DNA from: Octopus vulgaris
Lineage: Eukaryota
DNA: 64,000 nt
Assembly: GCA_951406725.2 (NCBI GenBank)
Contig: OX597818.1
Coordinates: 111,414,001-111,478,000, forward strand
Direction: 5' to 3'
The notes under the pieces: generated by a model
The model's database searches: none
What the model was told of the DNA's origin: nothing
What the model saw: the letters and a program-made list of their open reading frames with translations, nothing else
Shown here: positions 1 to 14,088 of the stretch, one piece after another
How positions within the stretch are numbered: the stretch's first letter is position 1
Layout: each line of letters opens with the position of its first letter
Translations under genes and position numbers: made by a program

Positions 1-250
1 CCAGTAGTCACCTATGCATACCAGCTTCACCTCTCCACGCCACCGATGTTATCAAGGGAAAGGTAAAAGGGTCGATACAGTTTGACGTCACTGGTGCCGT
101 CACAACTCATTTCTACAGCTGAGTGAATTTGAGCAACGTGAAATAAAGTGTCTTGCTTAAGAACACAACACGCAGCCCGGACAAGGAATCGAGCTCACAA
201 CCTCACGATCATAAGCTCGATGCTCTAAACATTGAGCCATACACTTTCAC
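1..250 (-). mobile_element. tRNA-derived SINE (family A here), truncated by window edge
   Basis: Minus strand reads A-box-like TGGCTCAATGTTTAGAGCA and B-box-like GAGCTCGATTCC, then GTGTTCTTAAGCAAGACACTTTATTTCACGTTGCTC, a core shared with copies at 37165, 42557 and 62152. Confidence 0.75.
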
Positions 251-322
251 ATGATAGATAGATAGATAGAGAGGGATTAGATAGAAAATAATGAGTGTAT
301 GTTATATTTAGGGTGAGGAGGA

Positions 323-481
323 AGGCAGCGAGCTGGCAGAATCGTTAGCACGCCGGGCGAAATGCTTAGCAATATTTCGTCTGCCGCTACGTTCTTTTCG
401 GACTCGATAAATTAAGTACTAGTTACGCACTGGGGTCGATGTAATCGACTTAATCCCTCCCTTCCAAAATTTGGGCCTTTG
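323..481 (+). mobile_element. SINE family B, internally deleted copy
   Basis: AGGCAGCGAGCTGGCAGAATCGTTAGCACGCCGGGCGAAATGCTTAGC...GGGGTCGATGTAATCGACTTAATCC matches copies at 2430, 4048, 13870, 47241, 48950. Confidence 0.75.
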
Positions 482-935
482 AGGAAGTAAAGACACACCG
501 TTTGCCAACAAACGAGATATATTCTCTGTGACAAAACGCAGTGAGTAGCTTGCCCCCTGTTCGAACATGCATCTAGTATATTCGGACTGATAATAACATT
601 GCAATTTTACTGATCACTGCTTAGCGCTCCCTCCCTAAACGACATTGAATATCTAAATTCTTAATTGTTGTTAGTATCAACAAAGCGAAAGTTTATATTA
701 AAGCTACAATAATGAAGAACCACTTGTTTATCGTGTCTCTCATAACATACACATTAACAACACAAACAACACAAACAACACTAAGTACTTAAAAATCTAC
801 TTGTTTCGATGTTAATGTTAAACAGTTTTAGCACGTTAACTAATTGAGGTTTCCGGTGACCTCATTCTTCAGAACAATTTCTAATTCCGGTTTGACATCC
901 ACAGATAGTTTCGACGCCTGCTGGGTTTCGGCTAC

Positions 936-978
936 TCCACATTGATAAGGGGCAAATACCCCGAAACTAGTCTGTGGA
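936..978 (+). ncRNA. Minimal type I hammerhead ribozyme, U3-A8 core variant, in PLE-like pLTR fragment
   Basis: TCCACA-TTGATAA-GGGG caaata CCCC-GAAA-CTAG-TC-TGTGGA: stems I and II pair fully, stem III palindromic, GUC cleavage triplet; inverted copy of its 3' half at ~894-913. Confidence 0.8.
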
Positions 979-2429
979 TGTCGTACCAGCAAAAGGAAGC
1001 TGTTGAATTTCTAATTCCTAATACGACATCTGTGTATCATGGACGTATCACAAAACAAACATTCATTTCTAGTTCATCCTAAACACGAAATAATCCATAA
1101 TTAAAAATTGCACTTGTTTTAATTATGGTCCATCCTGACAGATTAATATAATAAAAGACATCCCAACCATGGCATTAACGACTACTTTATGCTATATGTT
1201 CTGTCTTTATATACGACAGTAGGGTATGATTCACGAAACCGTTGCTGCTAAATCTCTCCGGTCAGGCCACCAGATTGGAGCCAATTCGTTCGCTCGCATA
1301 ACACATGTTTCCCCTTCTAAGTGGACTGTGTGAGAATTAAGTGCCTTCTGAAGTATCTAAGCGGAATGTCGACACTATATCTAGTAAGACCACACCATAT
1401 TCACTTGATAAATTGCAGCTGTCTCTCTTTTTCACTTTCTTTCTCTCTCTTCCTCTCACTCTTTCATCTGATCTGCTTCTTTTTTTCACTTTTCCTTTTG
1501 CCGGTTAACTTTCGTTATTGATCGTTCTTATTTAACTTCTTATTTTCTTAAATATTCTTCGCCTGCCGCATAATATTGAGATAAATCTGACATGACATTT
1601 AACCAAAGATAATCAATGAAGAGGGGAAAAAAAATCGATCATGCTAAAAGACAAGGAAAAACCAAATAAACAAAAACAATGAAACTGCTCTGAAAAACCC
1701 TCGTAGAATTTGTCGTCAATAACCAAATTCCAGCCAATCCTGGAATTTAACTCATCGAACAAATATCGAATTGTACTGAATGCCCTTGGAAGAACAGACT
1801 CTTGTTCTGTTTAAGGTGAATGTCTCAGAATTTAGTAAAATTACAAAACAGAACGTTGCTTTCTTATCGTTGTCCTTTGTTCTTCCAGTTTCTTTAGTTT
1901 TTCTTTTCTTGTATTTCCAAAAGCTTCTCTCACTAAATTTCTCACACTATCCTACTATGTTTTACTTGCAGATCTTAAAATACATGAAAAGGACAATAAT
2001 CTTCTTTTTGTTTTTATGTGTGTGTGGGAGTAACTGTGTTTATGAATGTTTTAGTGTAGTTTTCAGCTGTCGTGTCACCACCAACGACATGTCACGCTGA
2101 CTTCCAGATATTCTAATGAAGACACAACTGTGCAGCATTTTAAAAAATGGATTTATCACTTGTTCGATCTGTTTTATAATAGCTATGAAGACACTCGCTG
2201 CTGTTGTTACTGCTGTTTAGCCAGTCGTGATCAAAAGCGTTCCGACAGTGACTGTTGAGCCTTTATGTTTATTATAGGAATACAGTACTATAAAATGTCC
2301 GATGTCCTCTTTTTCTTTCTAAGAAATGATGTGATTTAAGGAAATTTGACTGCTATTTCTAACATGCAGGATAGATATGCAATGGCTTCTTCATCATCTG
2401 GAGTTGATGTGAAGAATAGTGCAACACTA

Positions 2430-2830
2430 TTCTTTTCCACTCTAGGCACAAAGCTCGAAATTTTTGGGGAGGGGTCCGGTCGATTAGATCAACCCCAGTA
2501 TGCAAATGGTACTTATTTAATCGACCCCGAAAGGAAGAAAGGCAAAGTCGACTTCGGCGGAATTTCAACTCAGAATGTAAAGACAGAAGAAATACCTATT
2601 TCTTTACTACCCACAAGGGGCTAAACACAGAGAAGACAAACAAGGACAGACAAACGGATTAAGTCGATTACATCGACTCCAGTGCATAACTGGTACTTAT
2701 TTAATCGATCCCGAAAGGATGAAAGGCAAAGTCGACCTCGGCGGAATTTGAACTCAGAATGTAACAGCAGACGAAATACCGCTAAGCATTTCGCCCGGAA
2801 TGCTAACGATTCTGCCAGCTCGCAGCCTTA
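2430..2830 (-). mobile_element. SINE family B, two units in tandem (younger copy joined to a headless older copy)
   Basis: Block TTTAATCGACCCCGAAAGG...AAAGTCGAC.TCGGCGGAATTT.AACTCAGAATGTAA occurs twice (~2516 and ~2700), each with a different tail. Confidence 0.8.
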
Positions 2831-3135
2831 CAAATAGTGCAACATTATTGACAGAGGAAAGAAGGCAACGGACCAAAAGAGGAGAGAAGTCCCCAAAAAT
2901 AACAGACGTAGATCTTATCTGTTGAAATGATGTAAAGGGTAAATTTCTGCATTAGATAAGATTTTGAGTTTAGATTCTGTTTGTGTTAGGATCAGCTTTA
3001 ACGTTTATACAGTTTGATCTCCGAAATAAATTTGTGTAATATGATAATAGATTAAAAAGAGAAGGATGTGTTTCAAGAGGACTATGACATCATCATTGAA
3101 TTGTGGTACTTATGTGTTTGTGTATATAAGCATAT

Positions 3136-3640
3136 ATCACGCAATCATGATCGACCAGACTGCCGGATGCACTTTGTATCATTTTAGCTTTCAAATGATA
3201 CCACCCCGCTGGTTAGGTGAGCAACCCAAAACCCTCCACTTCCTCATCGGAAGGGTTGACAACATCGCCGGTGTAACCCATTTACAGCTAAGTGGACTGT
3301 AACAACTTCATGCTAAAAAAGTGTTTTGCTCGAAAGTCCCCATCTGGCGGTCGTGAATGCAGTCCCGTAAACACAACGCCCTATGCCTCCTTAGTCTTCT
3401 CTCAGAGTGTGACAAGGTTGGCCCTTTGAAATATAGATACAAGAGAAACAGGAAGAAAGAGCGAGAGAAAGTTGAAGTGAAAGAGTACAGCAGGGTTCAC
3501 CACCACCCGCTGCCATAGCCTTGTGGACCTTTAGGTGTTTTTGCTCAATAAACACTCACAACATCCGATCTGGGAATCGAAACCGCTATCCCACGACCGC
3601 GAGTCCACTGCCCTAACAACTGGGACATTGCGTCTCCACT
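3136..3640 (-). mobile_element. Mosaic of SINE fragments (family D tail and head, A/E-type pieces)
   Basis: 3440-3640 is the reverse complement of the head of the element at 61799; 3136-3230 matches its tail. Confidence 0.65.
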
Positions 3641-4047
3641 CTTTCTAATAACAACACATTGCTACATACTGAAATGGATTCAGTTACTACCAAACAGACA
3701 AGATTATTATTAAGGTTAGGCGACATAAATTAAAGTAACTCGTTAAAAAATGAAACATTCTTAATTTGAAAGCTGTTTTGGTATACAGTGTTGTGAGGGT
3801 AAACAACCATAAAAATAAGACGTGAGAATGTAAAGAGAGTGGAACAATAAATATGTTGCGAAATTACCAGTCCAAGTGCACTCGAAAAGTTTTATGACAA
3901 CTCTATAAAATATCATGTGACAGAATAAGGTAGGTGTATGCGTGTGTGTGTGTGGGGGGGGGGGCGTAAGTGGCATTCCGACTGATACACACGCACTCAC
4001 ACACACACATACACATGCATGGAAACAAACGCATATACATTTCTATA

Positions 4048-4270
4048 TCTTTACTACCCACAAGGGGCTAAACACAGAGGGGACAAACAAGGACAGACAA
4101 ACGGATTAAGTCGATTATATCGACCCACAGGACGCAACTGGTACTTAATTTATTGCCCCTCCCCCGAAAGGTCGACCTCGGCGGAATTTGAACCCAGAAC
4201 GTAACCGCAGACGAAATACCGCTAAGCATTTCGTCCGGCGTGCTAACGTTTTTGCCAGCTCGCCACCTTG
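4048..4270 (-). mobile_element. SINE family B
   Basis: Near-complete match to 2597-2830. Confidence 0.8.
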
Positions 4271-4334
4271 AAACAAACACATATTTGTCCATAAATGTAT
4301 ATGCATTTATGTGTATACATAACAATATGTATAT

Positions 4335-4560
4335 CTTTTATCTTTTACATGTTTCAGTCATTGGAATGCGCTTATGCTTCAGGAACGCCTGAAAGGGTTT
4401 AGTCGAAGAAATCGACTCCTACTACCTATTTCTTTTAAAGCCTCGTACTTATTCTCTAGGTTACATTTGCCGAACCGTTAAGTTACGGAAACATAAACAA
4501 AATAGCACCGGTGCTCAACAGACAGTGGGAGATAGAGTCATATACAAAATAGAACACACA
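4335..4560 (-). mobile_element. SINE family C, 3' portion, diverged
   Basis: TGTTTCAGTCATT...TTTAGTCGAAGAAATCGAC...GCCGAACCGTTAAGTTACGG matches 22468-22680. Confidence 0.6.
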
Positions 4561-4567
4561 CAAAACG

Positions 4568-4570
4568 TAC

Positions 4571-4665
<95 letters not shown>

Positions 4666-4712
4666 CATACATATATATATACATACATATATACATATAC
4701 ATATATATATAC

Positions 4713-4762
<50 letters not shown>

Positions 4763-4772
4763 CATATATACA
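4568..4772. repeat. (TA)n/(TACA)n microsatellite, one of dozens of similar tracts in the window
   Basis: Direct reading. Confidence 0.95.
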
Positions 4773-5080
4773 AAATATGGGGGTTTAGTTCACAGGTGAT
4801 CTAAACTAAATTAGGTACGCTAGGTAAGTGCTGTAACCGATTACTAGGGCTCCCAGGTCATAGCCAAGACAGGAGTTAGGGAACCATTGTAGATTTCCGA
4901 TATAATGTATATATAAATTGTTAAAGAGGACAACAGGATTGCACTTCTACAAGATCAGAAATTTCAACTGTGAACGTTTATGTTTTTTTTTCTTCTCTTT
5001 CTTCGTCTCCTTATTCCTCTACTCCTGTCCCTTATGTCGTCTTTTTCATTAATCTATACCCTTCTCATTTTCCCTAATTA

Positions 5081-5135
5081 TCTCCGATGACGGAATATCC
5101 CATACTCTGGGTTATCGCAGAAACACCTGTAAATC
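5081..5135 (+). ncRNA. Decayed hammerhead motif in PLE-like pLTR fragment
   Basis: CCGATGA...GAAA-CACCTG-TA: one change in the core and one in the CAGCTG palindrome relative to the motif at 5455. Confidence 0.4.
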
Positions 5136-5301
5136 TTTGAATTTTTTCCAATATTAATAATGTACATGACTTGAGATGTTTACCTTGCCTTAACGTTTGT
5201 TGTCCTTTTAAACAATTATATATATATGTATATATATATATATATCCACATGTACATGTGTATGTATATATATATTATATATATATATATATATATATGT
5301 G

Positions 5302-5351
<50 letters not shown>

Positions 5352-5454
5352 CATGCATACATATATATATAATATATATACACATATACATACATATATA
5401 ATATATATACACATATACATACATATATGTATATATATTTCAATCTATCAATTG

Positions 5455-5517
5455 AGATCCTGATGACATTGAATCAGGACCTCACTCGTAGTGTTTACCT
5501 GAAACAGCTGTAAGTCT
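5455..5517 (+). ncRNA. Type I hammerhead motif, imperfect stems
   Basis: AGATC-CTGATGA...CCT-GAAA-CAGCTG-TA-AGTCT; canonical core, palindromic stem III, stem I with one mismatch. Confidence 0.55.
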
Positions 5518-5854
5518 ATAATGCACAAATAAATGTATGAAGCCCTTTATTTATACATTTCCTTTCTATAAATCACTTTTTGGAAACATATCGTATTAAC
5601 TCCGTAATGCAACTGTGGATTGGTTGCCAGGTCGACTGGGGATATACTACGACTTCGGCTTTCGACTTTGGATTATCGGCAGTTCAATACCAATCACAAG
5701 GCCTTTCGTTAGCCTGGTGTACTTGTATTTGCACAGACTTTAAGAAATATTTTGCACTGATTACGAACCCCTTTGTAATAAATCTTTGTTCTGACACACA
5801 CACACACAAACACGCACATACACAGATATATAATTGACCGCCAGTTTTTAAAAT

Positions 5855-6005
5855 TCTCTCTCTGTTTATTTCATCATGTTCCTTTCTGTTGAAGAGCGTA
5901 GGCTCGAAACATAAACGACCATCTCATCTTCCCGAGCGTCAAACTAATACACCTGCTTGTTGTTTACACACCTGTCTTCGTCTTTTGTTTTTCTATGAAT
6001 TTCAT
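5855..6005 (+). mobile_element. PLE-like pLTR fragment with hammerhead-like motif at 5882-5917 (CTGTTGA core)
   Basis: CTTT-CTGTTGA-A-GAGC gtag GCTC-GAAA-CATA; related copies at 18918, 25618 and 61125 on the minus strand. Confidence 0.6.
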
Positions 6006-6147
6006 TTATATATATACATAAATCAGAACAAAGACTTATTGATAAGGGATTATTACGGACATATATACATGAGAATGTCTAAACATGTATATAGATATAT
6101 TGTGATTTGATTTATGATTAGTAGGAAGCGAGGGTGAGACAAAGTGA

Positions 6148-6182
<35 letters not shown>

Positions 6183-6747
6183 AGAAATTAGATATAAATT
6201 ATAAATTACAAAGTGGGACAAGAACGCAAAAACACACAAAGAGACGACACAAAAAAACAGACGGGTCACTCGAAGCCTCTAATCTTCAGTCGGGAACCGG
6301 ATCATCTTAGCAATTTCGGCTGTTATATATATGTATGCATAAATGCCTGATTTATCATAGAGCAAAGGTGAAGATTGTCTGAATATAACCCACATATTTA
6401 AACAGCTGTTCTACAACTTGCCGGATATATATCACATATGTGTGTGTGCGTGTTTGTGTGTGTGTATGCGTGTGAATGTCTAAGGGCGGGGATGCACAGG
6501 TCGCTATATTGTTAGGTTTAGATAGAATGTCGAGGAGCTGGAAGTAAATTATGTATGTATGCGGTATGATGCATGCGAATATGGTTTTGTGTCTGTATGA
6601 ATGCAGGCACTTGCATACGAAAGAGTGCAAGCACTCAACAAACAATATAACTTTGTTTAAGTATGGATATGTGAATTGTTATTCCTATTCAACTTCATGC
6701 ACACAATGTCCACCCCAATCAGCTGGCTGAATATGTATTCTGGCTGA

Positions 6748-6788
<41 letters not shown>

Positions 6789-7158
6789 AATGTAAAAAAA
6801 TACAAACTGGGACAAAAACGTGAAACATTTAAAAGACGATACAAAATCAATCTTCAGTCAAGAACCGGATCATCTTCGCAATTTCGGCTGATTAATCTTG
6901 AGATTGCTCCGATCTGGCCAGCCCCAAATCTAAGCCAAGCGCATTAGATTCCTTGGAAGAAAGCCTCGAATGTATACAAAACAAGGACAGAAAACCGGAC
7001 GATGTTACACGAATAAAAATACAAAAACACATAAAAACAATAATGATAACACGAATAAGAATACAAAATACGTAAAAACAATAATGAATAATAATAATAA
7101 CAACAAAAACAGGACGTTACAGACAAGCGTCTTTTCGACAGATATATATATATATATA

Positions 7159-7356
7159 AAGTTAATCCAAACATGAAAACACAAAGAGAAAACACAACAA
7201 CGTGAGTACATGGAACGCCCAGGAAAGGAAAGAAAGAAGGAGGACTTAACGTTTCGAGCGGAGCTCTTCGTCAGAAACATAGGAAAAGGAAAGATCCAAG
7301 GATTGGAAAAGACGGAGGAAAAAATCACCAACGATACACACGCGGTCACATTTTGA
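7159..7356 (-). mobile_element. PLE-like pLTR fragment with hammerhead at 7244-7278
   Basis: Minus strand GTTT-CTGACGA-A-GAGC tcc GCTC-GAAA-CG-TT-AAGT; flanked by (TA)n; second copy at 33090. Confidence 0.65.
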
Positions 7357-7411
<55 letters not shown>

Positions 7412-7615
7412 TATATGTCAAAATATTGTTGTTTGTCTTGTTTTCCTTTTGTGTCTTTCGTTGTTCGAAATAATAGTTCATATTCTATGTACTCGTACTT
7501 CGTATTTTTTGTTGTACCCGTTTCGTGACGTCCTGTACCCACATATGCATATATATATATATATATATATACGTATAGATGTAAGTATGTACATATACGT
7601 ATGTATATATGCCTG

Positions 7616-7667
<52 letters not shown>

Positions 7668-8476
7668 GATTTAACGCCACAATCCTCTTCCAAGTATGTA
7701 TATATATATGTATGGATGTATAACTACTGATTTATATCTCTGTCTGATAATCTTCAGTGTTGTACTGGGAGAAGGAAGTGTGTGGGCGTTGGGGTGGGGG
7801 GTACTATGCTTAGTATGAGTTTCGCCAAAATATGCCCGTTCACTCTATCCCAAATATGCGCTTGCCGAAACGCAATCAGAGCATAGCATACGAATGTATG
7901 TATATGCATATATGCGCGCGCACGTATGTTTGTGCGTGTTTGTGTGTGTGTGTGTATAAACAGACACGAGTGTGTGAACAAACGAAAGGAAGTGGCCTTC
8001 ATTTGGTCAGAGTTATATGTGTTGTTTCATAACAGTTTGGCTCGGTTCTATGCAGCTAAGAGTTTCGTTGGCGTGAGGAGCAAACCTATCCCGTCAGGCA
8101 TTTGTGAATCAAACAAGAGCAAATGAGGAAACTTCAAGATTGCTTCTAGAGATTAGGCCTGCATTTGATCGACTTAGATCACGTGGTGCTATATTGTCCA
8201 TACTGTCGGACAGGATGTTGGAAGGCAACAGTTGTCGATATATATGGATGCTGTGGAATTATTTACCGACATAATGAATATTGCCGCAGCCTCTAGACAC
8301 AGCGACGACATTTGCGTGCCAACACCTTGTCTAACTACGTGGAATTGAGAACAAAGATAATATCTGAAATATAAAACTATATCTCCGTCTATCGCTGTCT
8401 ACCTGTCTATTCATCTATAGACACATATGTATATCTAAACACATTCCTATACATACACGTAAGTGTTTGTTTACGC

Positions 8477-8540
<64 letters not shown>

Positions 8541-8768
8541 ATATATATACACGTATGTATATATATATATATATACATATATACATATATATATACACAC
8601 ACATATATACATATATATATACACAATTATATGTATATATATGTATATATGCATATACATATATATATAAACATATACGTATATATATATACATATGTAT
8701 ATATATGTACATATACATATATAAATACATATATGTATATATATAAATACATATACATATATATATAT

Positions 8769-8838
<70 letters not shown>

Positions 8839-10139
8839 ATATATGCACATATTCTCTCTTGTTATAAAACATACAAGTACTCCTCAGGGTATACCATAAT
8901 TTGTCTGAGCGAGTCATTTTTCGCAAATACAGATACATATATAAATATATATACATACATACATACACACAAACACACTCAGATACACACAAACTCGCAA
9001 ACACACACACATATATATATCTTCGTGTGTGTATGTATGTTTATCGTTACATGTGTTCGTGTACACATACTTAACCTATGTAAATAAGAAATTGTCCTCT
9101 AGTTATATAGCATGCTTGCTATAAAATGTTACTTTTTGGCAGACATCTTGAGTTAGTTAATTGCCGATTTTAGAACAATGCGTATTTTCGTGATTAAAAA
9201 TCGATCTCTGTTGTCTTGTTCACGAAGCAAAAGATATTCGATTCTGCAAAAAATCTTGCTGCCGGAATGTTCTTCCACGTATAATATGTCGTCTGCGAGA
9301 CTGGCTCTAACATCTATTACTTCTTCATGTTTAGGTCCAACAAGATTAATGAACCAAGATAAATATAAATTCATTGTAACACACTTCTCAATATTGTTCT
9401 CCTGTTGTTCTTCGCTTGTTGTTTCGCTTATTTATTTTGTGTAGAATTGTCGAGTGTTTGTTCTTCATTTTGTTTTCAATTTGTTAAAGAAATGTCTTTT
9501 GTAGAGAAGTTCTAGTATGAGAAAATGCCAGTGTATTAAATATAAGTGATGACTAGTATACACGACTTACGCTTGGATTGTATAAAGAATGTTGTTTGGT
9601 GTAAAACTGCTTGAAATTATCCAAAAGATAACATTATTAGCTAAAATGTCGACTGGATCACACAGGATGTAGACCAAACATAGAAGCACTTGTAAATCAC
9701 TTTACAACGAGAATAGTCGAGCAGGGGAGGTAACTGCTCATTTACTAGGGAGGAGATAAATAAACATACAAAAACACAAAAGCTAAAAAACTGAGATGAA
9801 ATATGTACAGTGATGGCTATGTGATCATGAATTAAAATATATACTGAGATCAAATTTGGTTATGTGTTGGTATTTAGGCGTATCCTATATTTTTCGATAA
9901 ATAAATTTTCTTTATTGAAACGTTCTTGTACAGAAATTGTTCTGTTTTTCACTGGTAGATGGAGAAAACTGTGAAGTTTGGTTGGATATTACCTGCACAT
10001 CTCTCTATGTGTTCATATATATGAATATATATATATAACAAAGTGGAGTTGTGGGGTACCGCACGAGTGGAATTATATACGAAAGAAGGTTTGAAAATGC
10101 AATTTTCGTATATATATATATATATATATGCATAAGTAT

Positions 10140-10143
<4 letters not shown>

Positions 10144-10211
<68 letters not shown>
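10144..10211. repeat. (GA)n microsatellite
   Basis: Direct reading. Confidence 0.95.
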
Positions 10212-10217
<6 letters not shown>

Positions 10218-11009
10218 TTACATAAATATCATGTGTTTATATGTGAATAAGAATGTGTGCAATTGCGTGTGAGCGTAAAGTTCTAAGAATGCTTAAATGT
10301 GTACATTACGTAGATTTTCTGAAATAGAAATTTCTCAGTTGTGTAAGAGTATCACTCGTGTGAAACGTTAATAAAAAAAATTATATAAATAAAAATAGAA
10401 GAAAATTTAACTAAAAAAATAGAAAATGAGACAAAATTGAAAGTTGGAGAAATTACTATTTTGTTGCAAGTTTCACGATGCTGGAAAATGTTGTTTTCTA
10501 TAAGCCGTTTACGTCATCACAAGACCATCTGAAATCTCAGAGAAGAGGGAAAGAGAAATGCTGAGAGAGAAAATAGCACAGTTCACATGGAGGAACTGGT
10601 GTCAAGTCACAATACAATATCACCTTTTTGGCTAGTGTGTGTGTGTGTATGTGTGTGTTTGTGTGTGTGTCTTTAAGCTTCCATCATCCATATCCGTGGA
10701 GGTGGCGTTGTTGAAACGAAAGATATTTGGTGTGAAGTTAGTCACGTACACAACTGAGTAGTTGTGACACACTACTAGTGATTTTCACATTATGGACTCA
10801 TCCCCCACCTCACACACACACAAACAGAATATATAGTACGAACACACACATACACACACATATATATATATACATATTTGTACACACACACATATATTTG
10901 TATACGCTAAAGAAGTACTACATAAACAGTTTTTATACAAATCCTGACTGCATTCTAGTTTTTAATATATAAGATCCGTACACCAAACAATCTCTCTCTC
11001 TCTTTCTCT

Positions 11010-11320
11010 CTACCTACCTACCTACCTATCTACCTACCTACCTACCTACCTACCTACCTACCTACCTACCTACCTACCTACCTACCTACCTACCTACCTA
11101 CCTACCTACCTACCTACCTACCTACCTACCTACCTACCTACCTACCTACCTACCTACCTACCTATTCTCTCTCTGTCTCTATCTATCTATTTACCTATAT
11201 ATCTCTCTCTCTTCCCATCTCTACCTCTCTATCTATTCATCTATTCATCTATTTATCTATCTATCTATCTATCTATCTATCTTCTATCTATCTATTTATT
11301 TATCTATTTATTTATCTATC
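11010..11320. repeat. (CTAC)n followed by degenerate (TATC)n
   Basis: Direct reading. Confidence 0.9.
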
Positions 11321-11334
11321 AATTACACACAGGG

Positions 11335-11768
11335 ACAGGCATGGCTGTATGGTATGACTCTTCGTTTTCAACCACATAATTACCGGTTTAGTGCCACTGC
11401 ATGGCACCTTGGGCAAGTGCCTTCTCAGTATAACTCCGAGCCGACGAATCACTTGTGAGTGGATTTGGTGAAAAGAAACTGTAAGAAGCCCTTCGGATAT
11501 ATTTATGTGTTTGCCTTTCTCGCCTACCGCCGCATGACAACTGATGTTGGTTTCTTTACGGCCCCGTAACATAGAAGTTTGGCACAAGGGACTTGTAGAA
11601 TCATTACCAGATTGAAGAACAGTAAGTATTGGAATCAGTGCTCCAGCACGGCCGCAGTCAAATGACTGAAACAAGTAAAAGTTATATATCTTCTTTTATT
11701 CTTTAACTTGTTTCAGTCATTTGACTGCGGCCTTGCTGGAGCACCGTTTTGAGTCGAGCAAATCGACC

Positions 11769-11770
<2 letters not shown>
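11335..11770 (+). mobile_element. SINE family C (diverged) followed by an inverted 3' fragment of the same family
   Basis: Head ATGGCTGTATGGTA...GGTTTAGTGCCACTGCATGGCACCTTGGGCAAGTG, tail GCCGCAGTCAAATGACTGAAACAAGTAAAAG; reverse-complement tail at ~11700-11770. Confidence 0.7.
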
Positions 11771-11843
<73 letters not shown>

Positions 11844-12117
11844 GAGTGATGATAAGATAATGGAGAAATAAGTAACAATGAGAGGTGGTACAAATTAGTT
11901 TAATTAGTTAAATAATGGCTTTATAGCACCAAAGATCCACTTCTCATTGTTATTTATTTCTCCATTTTCTTATCGTCTATATATACATTAGACTACGGTT
12001 TACCTTTTAAATTACCTGCTGCCGTATACTTTATAACAAGGACCAATAATACTGAAGTAATTACCAGGAGTGCCTCTAGATATATCTATCCCTCAGAAGT
12101 TTCAACACCTCTAACTT

Positions 12118-12193
<76 letters not shown>

Positions 12194-12381
12194 TTTATAT
12201 ATATATATAAGAGAGACCAAAGTGTACGTACGCCGGCATACGTACAAGAACGCCAGCCGAAAATGCAAAGATAATCTGGAACTCGACTGAAGAAAGAAAA
12301 CTTCGAATAACCCGCCCTTGTTTTTTTCTTGTCTCTCTTTTGTATCATCTGTCTGGATGTTTTGCTTCTTGTCCCACTTTT

Positions 12382-12437
<56 letters not shown>

Positions 12438-13869
12438 TATGTGTGTTTGTGTGTGTGTGTGTGTGTGAGTTACTTCGTAGTGATGAACTGTCTTACTCGA
12501 TTTTCGAAACTTATTAGGTTGTCGTCAAATGCGTCTACATCAATTTGATCAATCCTAGAGAAACATGGAACCAATCTGCTTATATGTCCAACAAACCCAG
12601 TGGTTTCAGAGAACTGGAGCTTCTAATCGGCATACTGTGAGTATTTAACTCTTTATTTGAGACCAGCTGCCTGGCTTCGATGGTAAGTACTGTAGTTCTT
12701 TGATCAGTTAAACACTCTCGTCATTGAATATTCGTGTAAACGTGTGAACGTTCCACGAGCAAGTCTAAACTTATTCTCATTCACAGTCAGTGTGATAACG
12801 AATGGCAAAAGCTAAAGCTTTATAAATACAGTCAATCTGAATTGGGTGTTTTCATATAATTTCTGATAATTTCGTCGAGATAGGATCAACGTGAGGTTAT
12901 GGTGAAAGATATGTGTGTAAAATGCTATCGAATAGGTTCGAACCCCGGACCTCATGATCTTAAAACCAACTTGTTTACCAACTCGACCAGGACTGATTAT
13001 CTGACGTATTTGCATTATTGTGTATAAGGGAGTTCAAATGATTCCACCCGTCCTCAAGATATACGAATGGATGGATTTGATTTGAAAACTGCAAGTTCGA
13101 GAAAGTGTTTGTCCGTTCTTTGGTGCCTCATTCACTTTGCAAGCTACGAGCTGCCTTTCCCCGTGCATTTCTTCGTTCTACATCTAAACAACGCATGGTC
13201 GGACGAGAATTAAGCATCGAGGCCAATGATAAAGTGAAGTAGCAGTATATTTGATACAAACTGTGAACTCTTCGGTCGGCAGTTCAAACCCACTTAGTTT
13301 TGAATGGTTGTATGTGAAGTAGTACACATAGCCAAACTAGCAGCAGCAGTATGAGAATAACATAGATGATTGTTGTACATAAAGAGCGATATACCAGAAT
13401 CAATATCGCATTGCGACAGACTTACATTTGATTGGAGCCAGAAGCTCTGGTAGGGCTTTAAAATAGATAGCATCACTTTATCAAATAAAATTTATTTGAT
13501 AAGAAACTTATAAATAAATTCTGTTGTCTGTTTAGAAGAGTTTATCTCAGCTTAAAATATTTCGTCAAAATCTTTGTGGTTACAACAGAATTTCCATTTA
13601 CCCTGCGTCACATAAAACCGTTACCATTTTGTACCGGTTAAACACAAGAAATATATCTCAACTGGGCCCTTGTGAATGGTGCCTCTGAAATATTTAATCT
13701 CAAGGCAATTGTATTTTGTTTTACGCCAGTAAAATTTACACCTGGATACATTTATCTTTGCCTGATTAAAAACTAGAATTCCATTAAAGACGAATTACTA
13801 ATTACAAAGGTATTAAGTCTGACGTGCAAAGGTATTAAGTCCGACGTATTTCATTAATCAAAATGAATA

Positions 13870-14088
13870 CTGGTTTCAAGTTTCGGAAGAAGGCCCAGCA
13901 ATGTCGGGGCAATGACTAAGTCGATTACATCGACCCCAGTGCTCAACTGCTATTTAATTTATCGACCCCGAATGGTATAAAAAGTAGAGTCAACCTCGGC
14001 GGAATTTTACCTCAGAACGTAGCGATGGACAAAATACCTCCAAGTATTTTTGCCCGGTGTGCAAACGGTTCTTCTCGCTCGCCCTCTT
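13870..14088 (-). mobile_element. SINE family B, old copy
   Basis: AAGTCGATTACATCGACCCCAGT...ATCGACCCCGAA...CCTCGGCGGAATTT shared with other B copies. Confidence 0.7.

Noticed and set aside
9153-9853. Short non-repetitive ORFs as host exons (also 26692-26997 and 58339-58641)
   Set aside because: No recognisable domain or consistent splice/frame support.
13040-13250. VRSLVPHSL resembling the mariner WVPHEL motif
   Set aside because: No flanking transposase motifs recoverable by eye.
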